Source of the DNA: Octopus vulgaris
Lineage: Eukaryota
Length of the DNA: 64,000 bases
Reading direction: 5' to 3'
Assembly (NCBI GenBank): GCA_951406725.2
Contig: OX597829.1
Span: forward strand, 29,884,001-29,948,000
In this document: in pieces, positions 62,932 to 64,000 of the stretch
Position numbering within the stretch: position 1 is the first letter of the stretch
How the letters are laid out: each line of letters begins with the position of its first letter
Notes under the pieces: model-generated
Database searches by the model: none
What the model saw: the letters and a program-made list of their open reading frames with translations, nothing else
What the model was told of the DNA's origin: nothing
Program-made: the position numbers and the translations under genes

Positions 62932-64000
62932 AGAAATTCTGTTGATCTGGTCAGCAGCTGCTTCAAATGCATAGTGGAAGACAATTTTTTTATAATATGG
63001 TTGTAGAAGCTGCAACTTATGGCACAATTTTTACATAAACAGATAATCTTTCCAATAGTTATTGTTCAGTATTGTGACAGATGTATTGAATTCAGGAAAA
63101 CCCTAGTGTGGAGGACAAGGTTTTAACTATGTATATGTAGAGCCTGTGTGGGATGAGGAATGTTTAATTTAGTTATGTAAGACTTCCATAAAGTGACGTT
63201 ATTAATCTATATTTCTTATATGAATCCAAACCTACATTTATCTAAAGGAAAAAAAGTCTTGTTTTAAAGGTTAGTTTAGTTAGAGGATCACAAAACTCTG
63301 GTTTCTTTCTAAAAAAAACAAAAAAAAAAAAAAACACTGTTGCTTCCAGGAAAATGTTCAGGCATTTTTTTTTATGTATGGCTTTTGTCTAAATGTGGCT
63401 GTACCTGTTAGTTTTGAAACATCATCTGTTGAGAAATGTCAATGTACCTAAAGAAATAATAGTTAAATTTCCCTCAAAAAAAAAAAAAAAGAGAGTGAGA
63501 GAGAACATTAGATAGCAAATGTATATACTTCCAAAAAGACTGGAATGTCTTTGATAATTGGTCAGTAGGTCAGTTCAGTTAAGGTTGAGCAAGCATTAGG
63601 CTACAATCTTGACTTGTTCCTTAAGTTAGTTATTAAGAAGAAATCCCACTATTGACAAAAATTAGTACAGTTCTCATTTACTCTGTTCAAACGATTAAAA
63701 GTCAAGTGAGTGGTTCATCTGTTAATTATAGGTTATTTAATAATTAGAGAGAGAGAGAAGTTGGCTGAGATCATAAAATTCTAGATTAGGCACAAGCAAC
63801 CATTTTTGAGAAATGAGCTGCATGAGACATTCAAGTTTATTGCACTACTAAAGAAATTCATGGTGATTTTTTTTTTTTTTTTTTTTTTTTTGCATTTCAT
63901 TCAGAAAGTCCTGTGAGCCACTGTTGACCCATGATTGTTCCACATTAAATGGTTCAAAGTATTTTGTCCTCCTAAGTTTTGGATTCAAGGCTTGATGTTA

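Noticed and set aside
63905-63958. Next coding exon of the plus-strand gene (KSCEPLLTHDCSTLNGSK) after a long poly-T and cag
   Set aside because: The frame is compatible, but donors are weak and there is no recognisable homology. It cannot be supported without RNA data.

Overview
AT-rich, repeat-dominated eukaryotic DNA. It is most likely an Octopus/coleoid genome, inferred from the SINE families and abundant (TA)n/(TATG)n microsatellites. Almost all ORF-track entries are microsatellite or satellite artefacts. Retroelements: the 3' end of an apparently young CR1/L2-type LINE, decayed R4-type and RTE-type LINEs, a TSD-bounded and internally deleted Mag-like Gypsy LTR element, Penelope-like remnants (GIY-YIG plus a minimal hammerhead-like motif) and many tRNA-derived SINEs. 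DNA elements: Helitron pieces and several MITE/foldback elements, one carrying telomere-like TTAGGG repeats. Satellites: a degenerate ~153-bp array, and a 7.1-kb array of a 16-bp unit that demonstrably expanded inside an RTE LINE 3' UTR. A CpG-retaining island at ~43.5-49.7 kb looks like a host promoter region. It has a clustered motif array and several candidate alternative 5' exons feeding a 42-nt exon at 52172-52213. The host gene could not be identified.
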